Part shown: piece after piece, positions 1 through 11,990 of the stretch
Layout of the letters: each line of letters begins with the position of its first letter
Numbering within the stretch: the stretch's first letter is position 1
Source: Epithemia pelagica
Lineage: Eukaryota > Protista > Bacillariophyta
Assembly (NCBI GenBank): GCA_946965045.2
Contig: OX337235.1
Span: 3,472,001-3,536,000 of the forward strand
Length of the DNA stretch: 64,000 bases
Reading direction: 5' to 3'
Translations under genes and position numbers: made by a program
Notes under the pieces: generated by a model
Database searches by the model: none
Told to the model about the DNA's origin: nothing
Seen by the model: only the letters and a program-made list of their open reading frames with translations

Positions 1-1278
1 AGACCTCCAAACGGACAAGGATTTGATTATAGCCTTGAGACGAGCAGCTGATTGTGGTGGACAACAAGAGAATTGGTGCGTTTGGACAACGATTTGAGTT
101 TGGAAGCCGTTTGAGAAGAGAGTTGATTGTTGTGTTGTTCGTTGTTGGACAAGAATCAGCCAATTGATTCGCAAATGCCCTTGTCGGAGCTCTTCCACGC
201 ATCGATCATCCACCTGAATCCCTTTATCTACCGGCATCCATCACAAGTCATGATGCTATCGAACATTGTTGTCTTTCTTACGGATGTTGTTGTTGCTTCG
301 TTCTTCGACCAAGTCGATTTGGTTGCTTCGAAATCCTCCAGTTGATTGCCGTGTGTCCTTGCCGTTGCTCTCCTACGCCTCATCCATCCATACCAAAGCA
401 TCCATTGTCGTCCCTCCCTGCAATCTTCGTTCGTTCCATCATAATCCATCTCCAATGACGATCATCTCGTCGCGACCTTCCACCCCCAAAGTGGAAGTCT
501 TTCCAAATGTTCTTGTAGGTCGATCAAACTCGCCAACTCAATACCGCCCTTTTCACCCATCACGGTACACTTGATTCTGAAGACTCCTTGATGGTCGGAG
601 GAATGCTAGGACCTTTCGTTGGAGGTGCACACCGGCTTGAGTGTGCCATTGTGGTGTTATGCAGTGCAAAATGACCGTAGTGGTCTTCCTACGAAAATAG
701 AATCACTATAGAGAAAACAGTGGAGGCCTTGAAAAGCACGGGCTACTGCTGTAACAATGTCAGTCCGGTGGAGCTCGTAAGTAGTATTGTGCCCACAATT
801 CGTTGCTGGTTGGGTTCATTATATAGTAGTGTACGGGGATCAAAAGTTTTCCCGAAAGTCTCTCAAAAAGCTATCCTAAAACTCCGAACGTCTCTCAAAA
901 AGCTATCCGAAAGTCTTTCATTTGACTTTTTCAGGCCTTTATAGCGAAATGAGAGACATTCGGGGAAACTTTCGTTTTTAGGGATAGGGTTAAACTTGGG
1001 AATGCAGTTGAAGTGGCACTGACAAGACAACTAGAGGGTCATTTTCTTTAAGAAGAGTCAATATGGAAGAGTAATGGAGACATCGACGGTCACTGGATGG
1101 TCTGTCCGAATGTCAGTCTAATTTTTGAAAGTTTCTCCGAACGTCTGTCATGAAAGTCCCTCATTTCACTCCTCTCTTTTCCCAGATGTTCCTAGGTATT
1201 CGTAAAGGGAAGATTGAGAAGAGGAGGATCCAGCAAAACGGCGGGTCGTGAGAAAGGCTCATTTTTTGGTCACAAGCC

Positions 1279-1451
1279 CGAAGAGACACTACGACAAACA
1301 TCCTTGGCACGTGCCGTTTCGGTCTGTCCGAGAGATCGCAGTCGGTTCTGTCACCGAAAACTTGGTCCGTTGAGATTTGTAAACAAGATTCTAAATCTAA
1401 ACGATAGACACATAGTTTTGCCGAAGGCCTCTGAAACCAAAAATGGCTCCA
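1279..1451 (-). repeat. Split direct repeat B2 (173 bp), 3' terminus of the YR element
   Basis: CGAAGAGACACTACG...AAATGGCTCCA matches 1721-1893 by eye (offset 442); flanks diverge on both sides. Confidence 0.92.
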
Positions 1452-1720
1452 GGGCGGGGAAGGGGAAATTTTAAGATTAGCTAACTAGAATCGTTGCGAT
1501 CTCGAACTCGTCTCGTAGTCGTTGCAAAGATGCTGAACCCAAGAAGAGTGAGCTCTTCTCACGCTCCAACGACTCTGCATCAGGGTCATCCTAAAACTTC
1601 CGATTGTGGGAATCAAATCGGATGCTCGCCTCGCGTCGAGGAGGCGGAGCAGTCGCACCTCTGTTGTCGGTCGCGGAGTCTGGCCAGCATCCGCCACGTC
1701 ACTCCACCCAGTACAGACAA

Positions 1721-1893
1721 CGAAGAGACACTACGACAAACATCCTTGGCACGTGCCGTTTCGGTCTGTCCGAGAGATCGCAGTCGGTTCTGTCACCGAA
1801 AACTTGGTCCGTTGAGATTTGTAAACAAGATTCTAAATCTAAACGATAGACACATAGTTTTGCCGAAGGCCTCTGAAACCAAAAATGGCTCCA
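1721..1893 (-). repeat. Split direct repeat B1 (173 bp); 1452-1720 is the presumed A2 segment
   Basis: Second copy of the 173-bp repeat, 44 bp beyond the YR stop codon. Fits the A1...B1-A2-B2 layout of Ngaro/PAT elements. Confidence 0.88.
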
Positions 1894-1937
1894 CTACCAT
1901 CAAACCCGATATTACAATCCAACGATGTCCAGCTGGG

Positions 1938-3302
1938 CTAGAAGTCGAGATGGAGAGTGTTGGGGAAGTGATGTTGGGGATCTTGGCCATTGAAGGTGTT
2001 AAAGAGGTTTTCATCCGGTGATTCGAGACCAGTTTCGCTGTTGGTTTGAAGCGCTGGATCAAGAAGGTTGTCGAGTCGATTCCGCAGGTTTTCCAAGGAG
2101 GCGACGCGGGAAGCTGCTGTGGAGTTATCGACATGGCGAAAGTCCGTTGTTGTAAGCATGAGTTGAGCCATGCTGGTTGTCCATTCGAGTACTTGGGGTC
2201 GAATGTATCTCATAAATGCTGTCGAACTCCATCGCCCCAAGATCATAATCTTGGTGACAGAACAATCAGCCAGGAAGAGAGCCATGGCTGCTCCTGATCG
2301 AAGGGAATGCGTCCCGATGTCCATTGGGTGGTAGCCGAAGGCGTTGAATCCGCCGCCCAATACACAGGTTTCTCGTAACAGGTTGCGAGTGTCTTCCTGT
2401 CGGACGAAACGGGGAGGAAGAGATGGGTTGGTTGGGTCATACCAGCAATTTACAGTGGTGGTTGGAGGGGCTTTTGGACGGTAGTGCAGGATTCTGCGAA
2501 TGACTCGGCCCCAGAGGAGGACAGGGTCGAGTACGGGATTGCTGGTCCGGCTTTGAGTCCGTGTTTCTGCTTTGTGGTTGTTCTTTTGGTCGCAAAAGGT
2601 AATGGATACATACTTCGCGAGATGGTGAAAGTTGGGGTGATTTGCGGCGATTGTTTCGTGTTTCTTTGCCGTGTAGAAGACTACATCTCCAATTGTAAGG
2701 AGCTTTGTTTTTCCTCGGTGGGGTACGGTTGTGAGTTCACAACTGCGACAGCCGAAGAAGAACCCACAGCCGGCAAGGTCGGCGACGACGGCCTTGAATG
2801 TGGAGAAGTCGTAGACTCTTGGTGGGTTGGTGAGTTTGTTTGGTCGACAGCAATGGAACCAGAGAAAGCGGAGGTGCTTTGCGGTGACTGCTTTTTCTCG
2901 TTTTTCGGGGGGATCCAGATTTGACCACGCGCGTTTGAGGGAAGTGACGAGGGGGTGGAGGTGATGGCTGTCTTGACTGTGGCAGGGGCTCGGCCGGTCG
3001 TGATGCCGGAAGCACGATGCCAAGTCTCCAATGGCTTGGCCAAGAGTGCTTGCTCGAAGAGTGTTCGAGCGGTCGCGATTGGGGGTGAATTCGGCATCGC
3101 GGAGGGATTGCAAGAAGGAGCATGCAATGCTGGCTCTGTGGTTGGTTGCTCGGATGGATTCAAGGAGCGGGTCGTGACCGAATCCGATCTTGTCAAGATG
3201 TTCTGTCCATCGCTCCCAGCATTTGTCGCGCTTTTGGTGCGACCCTTCGGTTTTGCCGAAGAAGATTCGGGACACGCTGGCACGATCGAGGGGATCCAAC
3301 AT
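1938..3302 (-). CDS. Tyrosine recombinase of the YR retrotransposon
   Basis: 454-aa ORF with catalytic motifs FGCRSCE (R), THSLRSGAA (HxxR) and LGRWSSTAFMRYIR (W, Y). Overlaps the RT/RH ORF in another frame over 2681-3302. Confidence 0.93.
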   Translation of the reverse strand: MLDPLDRASVSRIFFGKTEGSHQKRDKCWERWTEHLDKIGFGHDPLLESIRATNHRASIACSFLQSLRDAEFTPNRDRSNTLRASTLGQAIGDLASCFRHHDRPSPCHSQDSHHLHPLVTSLKRAWSNLDPPEKREKAVTAKHLRFLWFHCCRPNKLTNPPRVYDFSTFKAVVADLAGCGFFFGCRSCELTTVPHRGKTKLLTIGDVVFYTAKKHETIAANHPNFHHLAKYVSITFCDQKNNHKAETRTQSRTSNPVLDPVLLWGRVIRRILHYRPKAPPTTTVNCWYDPTNPSLPPRFVRQEDTRNLLRETCVLGGGFNAFGYHPMDIGTHSLRSGAAMALFLADCSVTKIMILGRWSSTAFMRYIRPQVLEWTTSMAQLMLTTTDFRHVDNSTAASRVASLENLRNRLDNLLDPALQTNSETGLESPDENLFNTFNGQDPQHHFPNTLHLDF

Positions 3303-6223
3303 AGTATTTCGTTGGGCAAGGGACTGATGTGAAAATTCTCTGGAATCTGCGACATAAAATTTTCATGAAGAAAAAGGGTAAGATCATTATCGTTAAGAGA
3401 CCAGTATCTTGACAGGATGTCTGACACGTCGTTCTTGCTCCCAGGGATGTGTTCTGCTTGAAGGGCAAACTTGTGGTGGAGAATCAAGTCGGTCAGTTTC
3501 TTCGAGACTTGGACGTGTAGTGGCTTATCGGAGCCGAAGGACGATTTGTACATCCAGCCGACGGCGGATGAGTTGTCGGAGAGACTCAGTACGGCCGAGT
3601 TTTCATCGATGTCATCGTACCAACAATCAACCCACATCGACACAACAATTGCGATGTACTCAAAAAGGTTATTGGTGCGTGTGTTGGTGGATGATGGGTC
3701 GAGTTGGGCAAGAGCTTCGAGTCTTGATTGGTCGATTTGGAATCGCCATGCTCTGCCGGATCGAACAGAGTAACCACCCATTCCTTCAGGGCATGAGTCT
3801 GCATGGAAGAGATGCGTGGGTACGCGACAAACTAGTCGGTTAAGTGAGATGCCGTCGTGGGAGTGTTGAAGGAGGGATGGCCACACTTGGAGGTCGTTGG
3901 CGATGGACTCAGGGATAGAGTACCGATAGAATGAAGGTGGTACATCTCTGTTCTGTTTTGGTCGTTTTGGATCCTTGTTGGTGTCGGGTGGTTTCGATTG
4001 CTGTTTTTGCCGAAACGCTCGTTCGATGAATGTTTGGTATTCGCGTAGACGTGACAACCAGAAGGACGCGTGTGGAATGCCTTTGGTGGCATGGAGCAAT
4101 TTTCCGATGAGACTGCGAAGGTTGTGGAAGGTTGTCCGTCGACTGGATAACATTTGAGTCACTTCGCGTGTCCAACCAATCAACTTGTCTTTTGGAAGGC
4201 GAAGGAGAAGTCGCCTTGTGTCAACAATCCACCCGAGAACTCGTTGCTCTTCGGCAGGAGCGCCTTCGGCTGCGAGTTTGTCCGCTTCTAACATGTCTTT
4301 TCTGGGGATCGGTTCGTTGTCGGCTACGGGCCTTGTCATGAGATGAACAACGAGTGGAACAATACTGGGACATCGGGCGAGATGTGGGTTGGTGGCGAGG
4401 AAGACTTGAATCATGTCATCCAGGTATGAATCATGAAATCCATGAGGACGAGTCGGGACAGAAACAGCCAATTCGCATGCTGGAGCTACGGGGATTTCTT
4501 CTGGTAGGTACTTGGGTCCTCCAATGCCTTCTTGGAGTGGTGATTGGCAATCGGTTGGTTGCCAATCGTCGAAGTCGGCGAGATCGTTGCAGAGGTCGGT
4601 TCCAATTTCGGAGACGATGGAAAATTCAGCTGGATTGGCTGAAGCTCCGAAAGTCAGGCGAAGGTTAAGGTGGGCAAAGGAATTGGAGGGATCAATGGTT
4701 ATGTTCCTTGCTGCAACGTCGCCGTCTCCGTGAACGCGACGATAAGCAGAGGACCAATCGAATTTGCTGATGACGATGCGATCATTTGGGAAGTGCCAGC
4801 GCAATGCGACAATTTGATGGATGACTCGATCTTAACAGTGGCCCATCACCAGGTCAATCAATTTGTTTTGATCGATCAAGTCGTTTGTCCAGGGGCAGAA
4901 TCCAAGGGAAAATGATTGATCGTGGGTCAGACGGTCTTTGGGAACAAGATCGCCATTGGCATCGATGCCCATTTGGTGGGCTACTCCCATTGGACTGATC
5001 CGGCTATGTTTGATCTCGGTTGCGCAGAGAAACGTGATGGGGAGGGAAAAACCCTTGGACGCGTCTTTTCGAAGGACTTTGGAAAGAGCGTCAGGGTTTT
5101 TCTTACCAGAGGCATGGTTGCCGTATTCGAGGATTGCCTCGTTCTCAGCGCGTCGGGCTGGCTCTTCTTCCTCAGCTGTGAGAGGGTATGAGACACCTTG
5201 CGTGATGTTGTGGTGGAACCGTGACCAGTATGGGTGGCCGGCTAGGAGCGGTTCCAAGATTTCCGCTGTGCGGAATTCGGATCCTGGGGTGATGACGGAA
5301 CCGGGGTGGCTGTCAATCAGTCGTTGCAGATCAAAGTCGAATCTTTCAATCAGCTGTGAGTTGAAAGTCGCATTTGATAGGACAACGTCATCGTCAATGG
5401 AGTGACGAAAGGGGGAGGGCTTGGGTGTTGGCGGTTTGTGATTGGCAATCTTGAGGATGGTGGAAAGGTCCAAAGGGTGGCACACATCTTGGAGTGGGGG
5501 AGGAGCGAGTCTTGATGGGAAAATCATGGAGATCTTGTTGGGGAGATAGCAGTGCTGGGAACTTGGGGGAACGGATTCCGTGTCGACATCATATATAGAC
5601 TCACCTAGTAATTTTAAATCCGCTTGTCGTGCTTGTTCCAATCTTTTGACGTTCCGCGCTAGGGGCTTACCCGAGAAATCGGATCCAATTATCGCTGAAG
5701 AGCTGCCTGGGAGGGTCTTCTCGATTTGTGAGGATAGATTTTCGGAATGAGAACTTGGGGGACTTGGGGGTCTTGTAGAGTTGCCAACGGTAAGAGATTC
5801 TCTTGGGAGATCCTTAGAAGTTGGTCGGGGGTGACTGGTGGCAGTCGTGGGAGTAGAGGACGGTGTATCAACGGACGACGAGATCTTGGGAATGGAATCA
5901 GACGTGATGACACATTGATTCTGAACGGATGAGATCAAGTCGGAGAGTTCTTGTTGACGGGTCTCGGGGTGTCTTGAATAATCTTGAGTGATATGATGCA
6001 CCAGAAAAGGGTTCGCAGTGCGTGGGATCTTAGGTTTGTGGTCAGATGATGGTATCGCCAAAGGTGGGAGAAAGGATGGGATGATGTTGGGTGAGGGTGG
6101 TGGGGATGGAGCAAGAGGCTTCGAAGGAAAAGAAGACTCCGCAACTATAGTATTATTATTAAGGGTGGGTTGAGAGTCGTCTTGCAACAAAGGAGAAGGA
6201 GTTGAGGATGAGGCAGCAATCAA
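2681..6223 (-). pseudogene. Reverse transcriptase/RNase H ORF with one in-frame stop (TAA at 4832-4834)
   Basis: ORFs 4832..6223 and 2681..4804 share a frame and read ...MGHC*DRVIHQIVALRWHFP. RT motifs: KFDWSSAYRR, SYLDD. RNase H motifs: ADSCPEGMGG, NLFEYIA, SDNSSAVGW, HIPGSKNDVSDILSR. Confidence 0.9.
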
Positions 6224-6235
6224 CCCGTCCTGGCG

Positions 6236-8910
6236 TCAATTGCGATTGACGTTGGCGTATGCCGACCGATAAAATTCATCCATGGCATCCTTCTTGTTGT
6301 GTTTGCTTGGGTCGTCGTGAAGAAACTTGCATTTCTTGCCTTTCTTGCAGATTCCTTTGGAGAAAAGAACGTTGCAGAAGTGTTTCTTTTTACCATTTTT
6401 CTCGATGAAGGGAATGTTGGTGAGGACCGTGGGGGGGAAGACTTGCATATAGTTCGAATCAGCCGGGAGACGCCAGTTTGATGGAGAGTCGAAAGTCGCT
6501 GCAGTCTTCTGTGGATTGGAATTGGAGGAGGAGGAGCTTTGTTGACGTTTGGAGCTTGGGGAACCGTCGTCAGAGCCTCCAGAACGTTTCTTCTGGGAGT
6601 TCTTCAATTGATTCGCTTGAAACTTAGCTTGGAGTGCCGGAGGGAGGGAGACTAAAGTCGAACCGGTCTTGACTGTGAACAAGATCCAATTTACACGCTC
6701 TTCAAAGTCCTTGAAACCCACGTCAGCAAGCAATGAAGCACTGGAAAGGGTGGAAACGAATTCTTGGACAGCCTCGTCGATGGCGAATAAGAATTGGCCG
6801 AAATAAAAATCGTTGCCCGAACTCAACTGTTTTGCCATGATTTTGGTCCTGAATTGGTGGTAGAAATTCAAGACTTTCAGAATTTGGTTGGCAATCATGG
6901 ATGATGCGCCACAAAGGCATTTGGCACAGGCCCAAAAGGATCGAAGTTGGGTTTCAAACTCGTCTGCCGTCCTCGGAAAGAAGAGATTGTGATCCGAGTA
7001 AAGTTGTTGCATTTCCTTCGATTGCTTCATGTCATTAAGATGACATAGTGAAGCATCGTGGATTTGCTGCCGAATGTTTTTGTCAAGTGTTTGGTTGGAA
7101 TCCAAGCCTGGAATGGCATAAGGATCGAAAGAAAAGGGGCTAAAGCCTCCAGGGCACGCTTCCGATTTCCAACGTAACCCAAGACGTTGGATCACTGTAC
7201 ATTGTCCGAAAAGGATGGTACAGGCATTGTCGGCTGGGTCAAAGACTTCGGCTAGGAAGGACTCGAAAAATGTGGCGGAGTTCTTCGATTTCCACACGAT
7301 CTTGATGGCTGGTAAAAGGTCTTCTGGGAGTGAAAGGGGTGAGGAGGAGATCGAACCGAGACGGAGTTGTTTTTGAGCATTCAAAGGCATGTCTCGAAAC
7401 ATGCTCTTTGACTCTGGGGCAGTGATGTCATCTTCGTTGCCATTTTTCTTCGAGGACATCTCTTTGATGCACTTCGAAAGCAGGAACATTTCTGGTGAGA
7501 CGAAATGAACGTTGCCTTCGTCATCGAGCATTCGCACACCACCACTATTCGAGGTATGAGGATTGGTCGGGGGAGATCCATATTGGGGAATCGAACAATC
7601 AACCGGCGGTTGTGACTGGAAACGAACGCTGTTGGACGAGGAACGACGCAAGGAAGGGCGTCGAGATGATGGTGGAGTCGTGTGGGTCTGGGGGGAGGAT
7701 TGGGAAAAAGGCGAGAGCGATGACTCAACAATGTGGATTTCGCCTTCAAGGGATCCTTGGGGATCGATGGAAAGACAATCTGCAACTTGGGGTTATCGCG
7801 ACGATGGAGGACGACCCAGAGAAAATGGATAATGGGTTCCTGAATCATGAGGAGGGGGTAATCCGTCGGCATTCCCTTTTGCTTGGTTTCCATAGAGCTA
7901 TCCAAAGAGGCTGTCCACCAATGGTGGAGGGCAACCTTATAAAGTCCACTGGCCAAGTCTTCAAACGGAATATTGACGTTATGATTCGATGCGTCGGTGT
8001 TATGGAGCATGAGTCCTGAGAGGCAAGGCGGCACGAGACATAGGCTTGAGCAAACAAATTCGCGATCTTTCTTCAATGAAGAGGAGGAGGCGGAAGCCAC
8101 TGAAAGATTCTTGAACTTGGATGAGTCGAAGGTCAGGTGAGGGACAGAGGACGACGGGGAGAAGTCGTCAACCTCCACAACACAATGCTCGAGGATCTCC
8201 GCAAAAGTGGGGACTTGGGAGAAAACATGGTCGCTCAAAAGTAGGGGGATGTCATCAGTGTCAAGTTGGAACGGGATGGACTCAAAAGAAATGCGATTGA
8301 GGCCATAAAATGGAATCTGGGGGTCGAAGAATGAACCACAATCCGCCGGGCAACAAAGATTGTGGAAGAGAAGGGGATTTCCGTTGCGAGACAAACCCAA
8401 CAATGCAAATGGATGATTCTTCGTCTTGGAGGTCAGCCAAACATGAAGATCGTCAGCGGAGGTGAGACGATTGAAGCTGGAGCAAACTTCCGACCAAAGG
8501 GATGGATCACGAGTCAGTGTAACGTGAAAAGGTTGGAAGAAAGAGTCGCACCAGTCGATCGGTTCGGTCTTCGCGAGTTCGGAGAAGATAAAGTCAAGGG
8601 ACTTGTCTTCAAGGGTGTGGAAGTCCTGGGTAAAGTAAAACTCGTGGCGGTAGGCGCCTGCACGAAAAGGAGAGGGGGAATTCCCTTTGGCAGGATCAGT
8701 ACCGATCGTTCCGTCGGCGAGGATAAACTCATCGTCACCATCAGCTGCGTCGGAGTCTTCAAGGAGAGAGTCGGAGCGTTTGGGAGCAGAGGGAGGCGGG
8801 GCCTGGAGTTTCTTGATCTTGTCGTTGAGGACAGAGATGGTCTTGGCTTCAGCAAAGAGTTTCTCTTGGGCTTCGGAATCAGACTCGACCGAGTAAGCAT
8901 CATCATCTTC
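6236..8910 (-). pseudogene. Gag-like ORF1 of the YR element with C-terminal CCCH zinc finger; frameshift near 7690
   Basis: C-x8-C-x5-C-x3-H (CNVLFSKGICKKGKKCKFLH) at 6317-6376. The frames of ORFs 7381..10443 and 6236..7651 are both open across a Pro/Ser-rich stretch containing a G6 run (7690-7695), so a 1-nt indel there would join them. Confidence 0.72.
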
Positions 8911-10497
8911 CTTTAGGTCAGTATCAAACTGTTCACGTTGTGCAGTAAACGACGGATCATGGGACTTTTCAACTGACAGGGGCCACACGGAAGTGCGATG
9001 GACAATCTTCCCTTTTCGTGTCAGTATTTTCGAACTCATTGCTTGACCAACCGATTTACTTGGTCCCAGCCACCTTCCGAGTTCCCTGTTCTCGAACCCG
9101 GGATTGGAATACCAGACCGGGTCATACCATCTGTGTTCAACTAGATGGGATATGTCTGGTGTATCACCGGTCAACATCTTTATAGGTGGGCCTTCATCAA
9201 ACGGTTCAGTCGCAGAAACTGTATGGGATCGTCTCTCAGCTACCAGTTGCAAACAATGATCCCATAATACAGCAGGGGCGTTTGTCCTTCTCATTTCCCT
9301 TCTATAAGCCCTCTTCAGTTCGCGGATGTTCGCTTCGGCTAGATTTTGGTTTGGTGTCCAAGCCTCTATGGGCTTAATACGACAACCAAACTTTTGGGCA
9401 GTCTTCTTGAATTTCCCACTCGTCAATTCTGGAGCATTATCTGGGACAACGCTATTGAAGATCCCGTAGTCGTTAAAGACCTTCTCTAGAGCCGTGTGAG
9501 CATCCTTCTTGCGTTCCAACGGATAAAATTGAACCCAGCCAAACTCGGTCGCAAAAATTTGACCACAAGTATTTTGGCTCAAAGATTTTGTATCCGAAAA
9601 CAGAGTATCTGTGTATACATCTGCTCGAAGCCTTCTATGCTTAAGCTGGTAAGCCGTATGCTTGAGCCTTTTACTTCCGACGCCTTGGGAAAAATCTCTT
9701 ACTCCAAGTTGCGTTGTTGCCTTGAAAGTCCTTTCCGCAACCGACAAACCGATTCCCCATCTCGAAGCTAATCCAATGGGATCTATTGTCCCCTTTCTCT
9801 TATGGCTCGTTTCGGCTACGGTTCTTGAGTTTACTCTCACCATCTTGGTCATTCTGTTGCTCAACGACCTCGAACCTTTTGTTCTGACCATGTCTTGACG
9901 AACGTCCTGTCTGAGCCTTCTCTCATCGACATCTTCTTCAGTCGAGTCATTCGGGGCCCATTCTGGATTATCGTTGGTCATCTCAATCCTGTTCGCAGGG
10001 TCAATATTCGCTATCTCCTCCCAAGACGGTTTCCTTACAGTGAAGCCACTGATTACTCCTTTCAACTCCAGAGGGATTGTCAGTGTATTTCCATTGTCGT
10101 CGTTAATGGGAACAACCAATGAATGTGGTTCACTTGTCCTTTGCTCTTGCTTGATAAACTTGAGGGGCACATCATTGACGATGATACCAGCCTCTCTCAT
10201 CTGATTTGGATTCAATAGGCTCTTCTCCATCATCGGAAGATGGAGCGCTTGGTGAAAGTACAACAGGTAAGTCTCTCCTGTCTCGGGTTCATCATATGCC
10301 AACACGCCTGTGATTACGGGAGTTTCCTTTATTTTCCCAAGCTGTGTTGAAAACCCACTCACTTCTGCCTTGTCTGTCTCATATAAAACGAGGCAATCCT
10401 TACCGAGACAACAAGTGTCAGCGTGACTGTCTAATTCGCACATAGACGTCCTAACGCTAATGTCCCTGGAGAGGACATCTATCTCGCGGACATCTCG
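8911..10497 (-). pseudogene. Copia protease + integrase, truncated and fused in frame to the YR-element gag
   Basis: N-terminal half of the 1020-aa ORF 7381..10443: DSHADT protease, LASRWGIGL pre-integrase segment, rve core, GRWLGPSKSVGQAM. Confidence 0.85.
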
Positions 10498-11990
10498 TCA
10501 CACGGTTTCTCTCCTGCCTTTCTTTCTCTGGCTCATTATGGCGCCAATACCGAGTTCCTTGTCGTTCTCACTGGAATCGCCAGTTGTCTCTGAACTCTCA
10601 TCGGTAGTTGTCGTCGTGCTTCCATCAACACCTTTTCTCTTGTTCTTACCGTTCTTAAAAAGAACAGCAGCAGCAGACCTTTTCTTTGTACTGCTGTTAA
10701 CAGCGTCCCTTGCTTCTCGGACCATTTGCTGTTGTTCCTTTGTGAGTTTTATCCACTTTCTAAAGGGATAATATTTGTTGGGGTCAAAACCGTTTGATTG
10801 GTTACTCCCATTCTTCTTGTTTCCATCTTTTCCATTCTTGTTATGCGGATAGATGAGATTCGGGCCTTCCTAGTTGAAGCACTGCACGAGACCTTGCTGT
10901 CAACAATCTCTGCCAAATAATTGGAAGCGACTTCAAAGTTTGCCCTGAGTGAAGGTGTAGCGAGTATGGTGTTCTTCGCGCTTTCAAGCCTTGGATCAGA
11001 TACACCCAACAATAAAACTCTAACCTTCCTTTCATTACTGACCATCTCGCCAGTTGATTCGAGGTCCATAAAGGCCCTCTGGAGCGATTCAATGTACCTC
11101 TCATATGTGTAGTTTCGTTTTGACCCGTCATAATAGGCCGATTCCAACACTTGGTCTGCTTTTGCCCTCAGTCTTGTTTGAAAGGCGTCACCAAGGTAAT
11201 GACTCTTTAAGGCAATATAAGCACCTCTTCCGTCTCGACTGCGGCTAAAGGCTTGAACCCAGCCCCATCCAGGACCATCATGGGTTATGTGGCGTATGAC
11301 ATCCCAAACTGCCTCTTTGTCAGCCACCGCGGTTGCTCCAGTTAGCGGCGCACGCCTGATTAGTTCTCTCAAGTACGTTGGTGCTCCGATTCCTGGGTCC
11401 AAGTTAACCGGAGGAGGAGTTGGCATCGAGCGGGTATACGCTGCCAAAGGGATCATAGTAACTCCTCTTTTCCTCTCAAGGTAGTTGTCTAAATCTTCGA
11501 GAACGACTCGTATGTTCTCAACATTTGTGAGTTTCTCGGGAAGTTCAATCTCATTATCATACTCATCATCCGCTTCTTTAAGACGGTAGAGTCCTTGGAT
11601 TTGAGCCAATGTTGCCGTTGCCGCACTAAACTCGCGATCGACCTTATTGAGATACTGGACGTAGTACCCAAGCATCTTCAAGCGCTTTTCCAAAACATGC
11701 CCGACCAATACTCCAGGGTTCGTAATGGTAATTGGGACTCCAGGAACTGGATTAGCAGCGTCATAGTCCGGATTAGGAACAGTTCCACCGGGTTTCCTGG
11801 CATTAGCGCAAATTTCAGCGATATCGTCTTCCTTTAGACCATTAAAATCGCCAATCGAAACAAGGCCTTGTGCATTGAGAGCGTTACGCACTTCTTGTTG
11901 ACCAATGAGAGGGGTATTCTCAAGGTAGCCATTAAGCTGAGTGAGCAGTTCTTGAGCGGTTGGAGGAGCGGGAGCGACGGGTTCGGCCAT
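10498..11990 (-). pseudogene. Copia gag with frameshift
   Basis: The 413-aa ORF has gag-like motifs (DGRGAYIALKSHYLG, AYYDGSKRNYTYERY). After about 10843 the coherent reading (NKNGKDGNKK...KWIKLTKEQQQMVREAR) continues in the frame of ORF 10498..10725. Confidence 0.8.

Larger units (their letters stand above)
1279..8910 (-). mobile_element. Ngaro/DIRS-order tyrosine-recombinase retrotransposon, 5'-truncated and disabled
   Basis: On the minus strand the order is gag (CCCH finger), RT/RNase H, overlapping tyrosine recombinase, then B1-A2-B2 split direct repeats. No methyltransferase domain seen after RNase H, which favours Ngaro over DIRS1. The 5' end (A1 repeat) is replaced by copia sequence near 8910. 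Confidence 0.88.
8911..11990 (-). mobile_element. Truncated Ty1/copia (CoDi-type) element: gag-protease-integrase only, no RT/RH or 3' LTR
   Basis: Gag 11990-10498 with a frameshift near 10843; in-frame TGA at 10498-10500; protease motif ELDSHADTCCLG; integrase D,D,E core (YTDTLF, VPDNAPE, NLAEANIRELK). Ends abruptly at ...EQFDTDLK. Confidence 0.88.

Noticed and set aside
1-600. Short ORFs at the window start
   Set aside because: All frames are interrupted and no motif was recognised.
4832-4834. Programmed readthrough at the TAA in the YR-element RT ORF
   Set aside because: It interrupts a conserved RT-proximal motif (GHC-x-xRxIHQIVALR), where a point mutation such as TTA>TAA is the simpler explanation.
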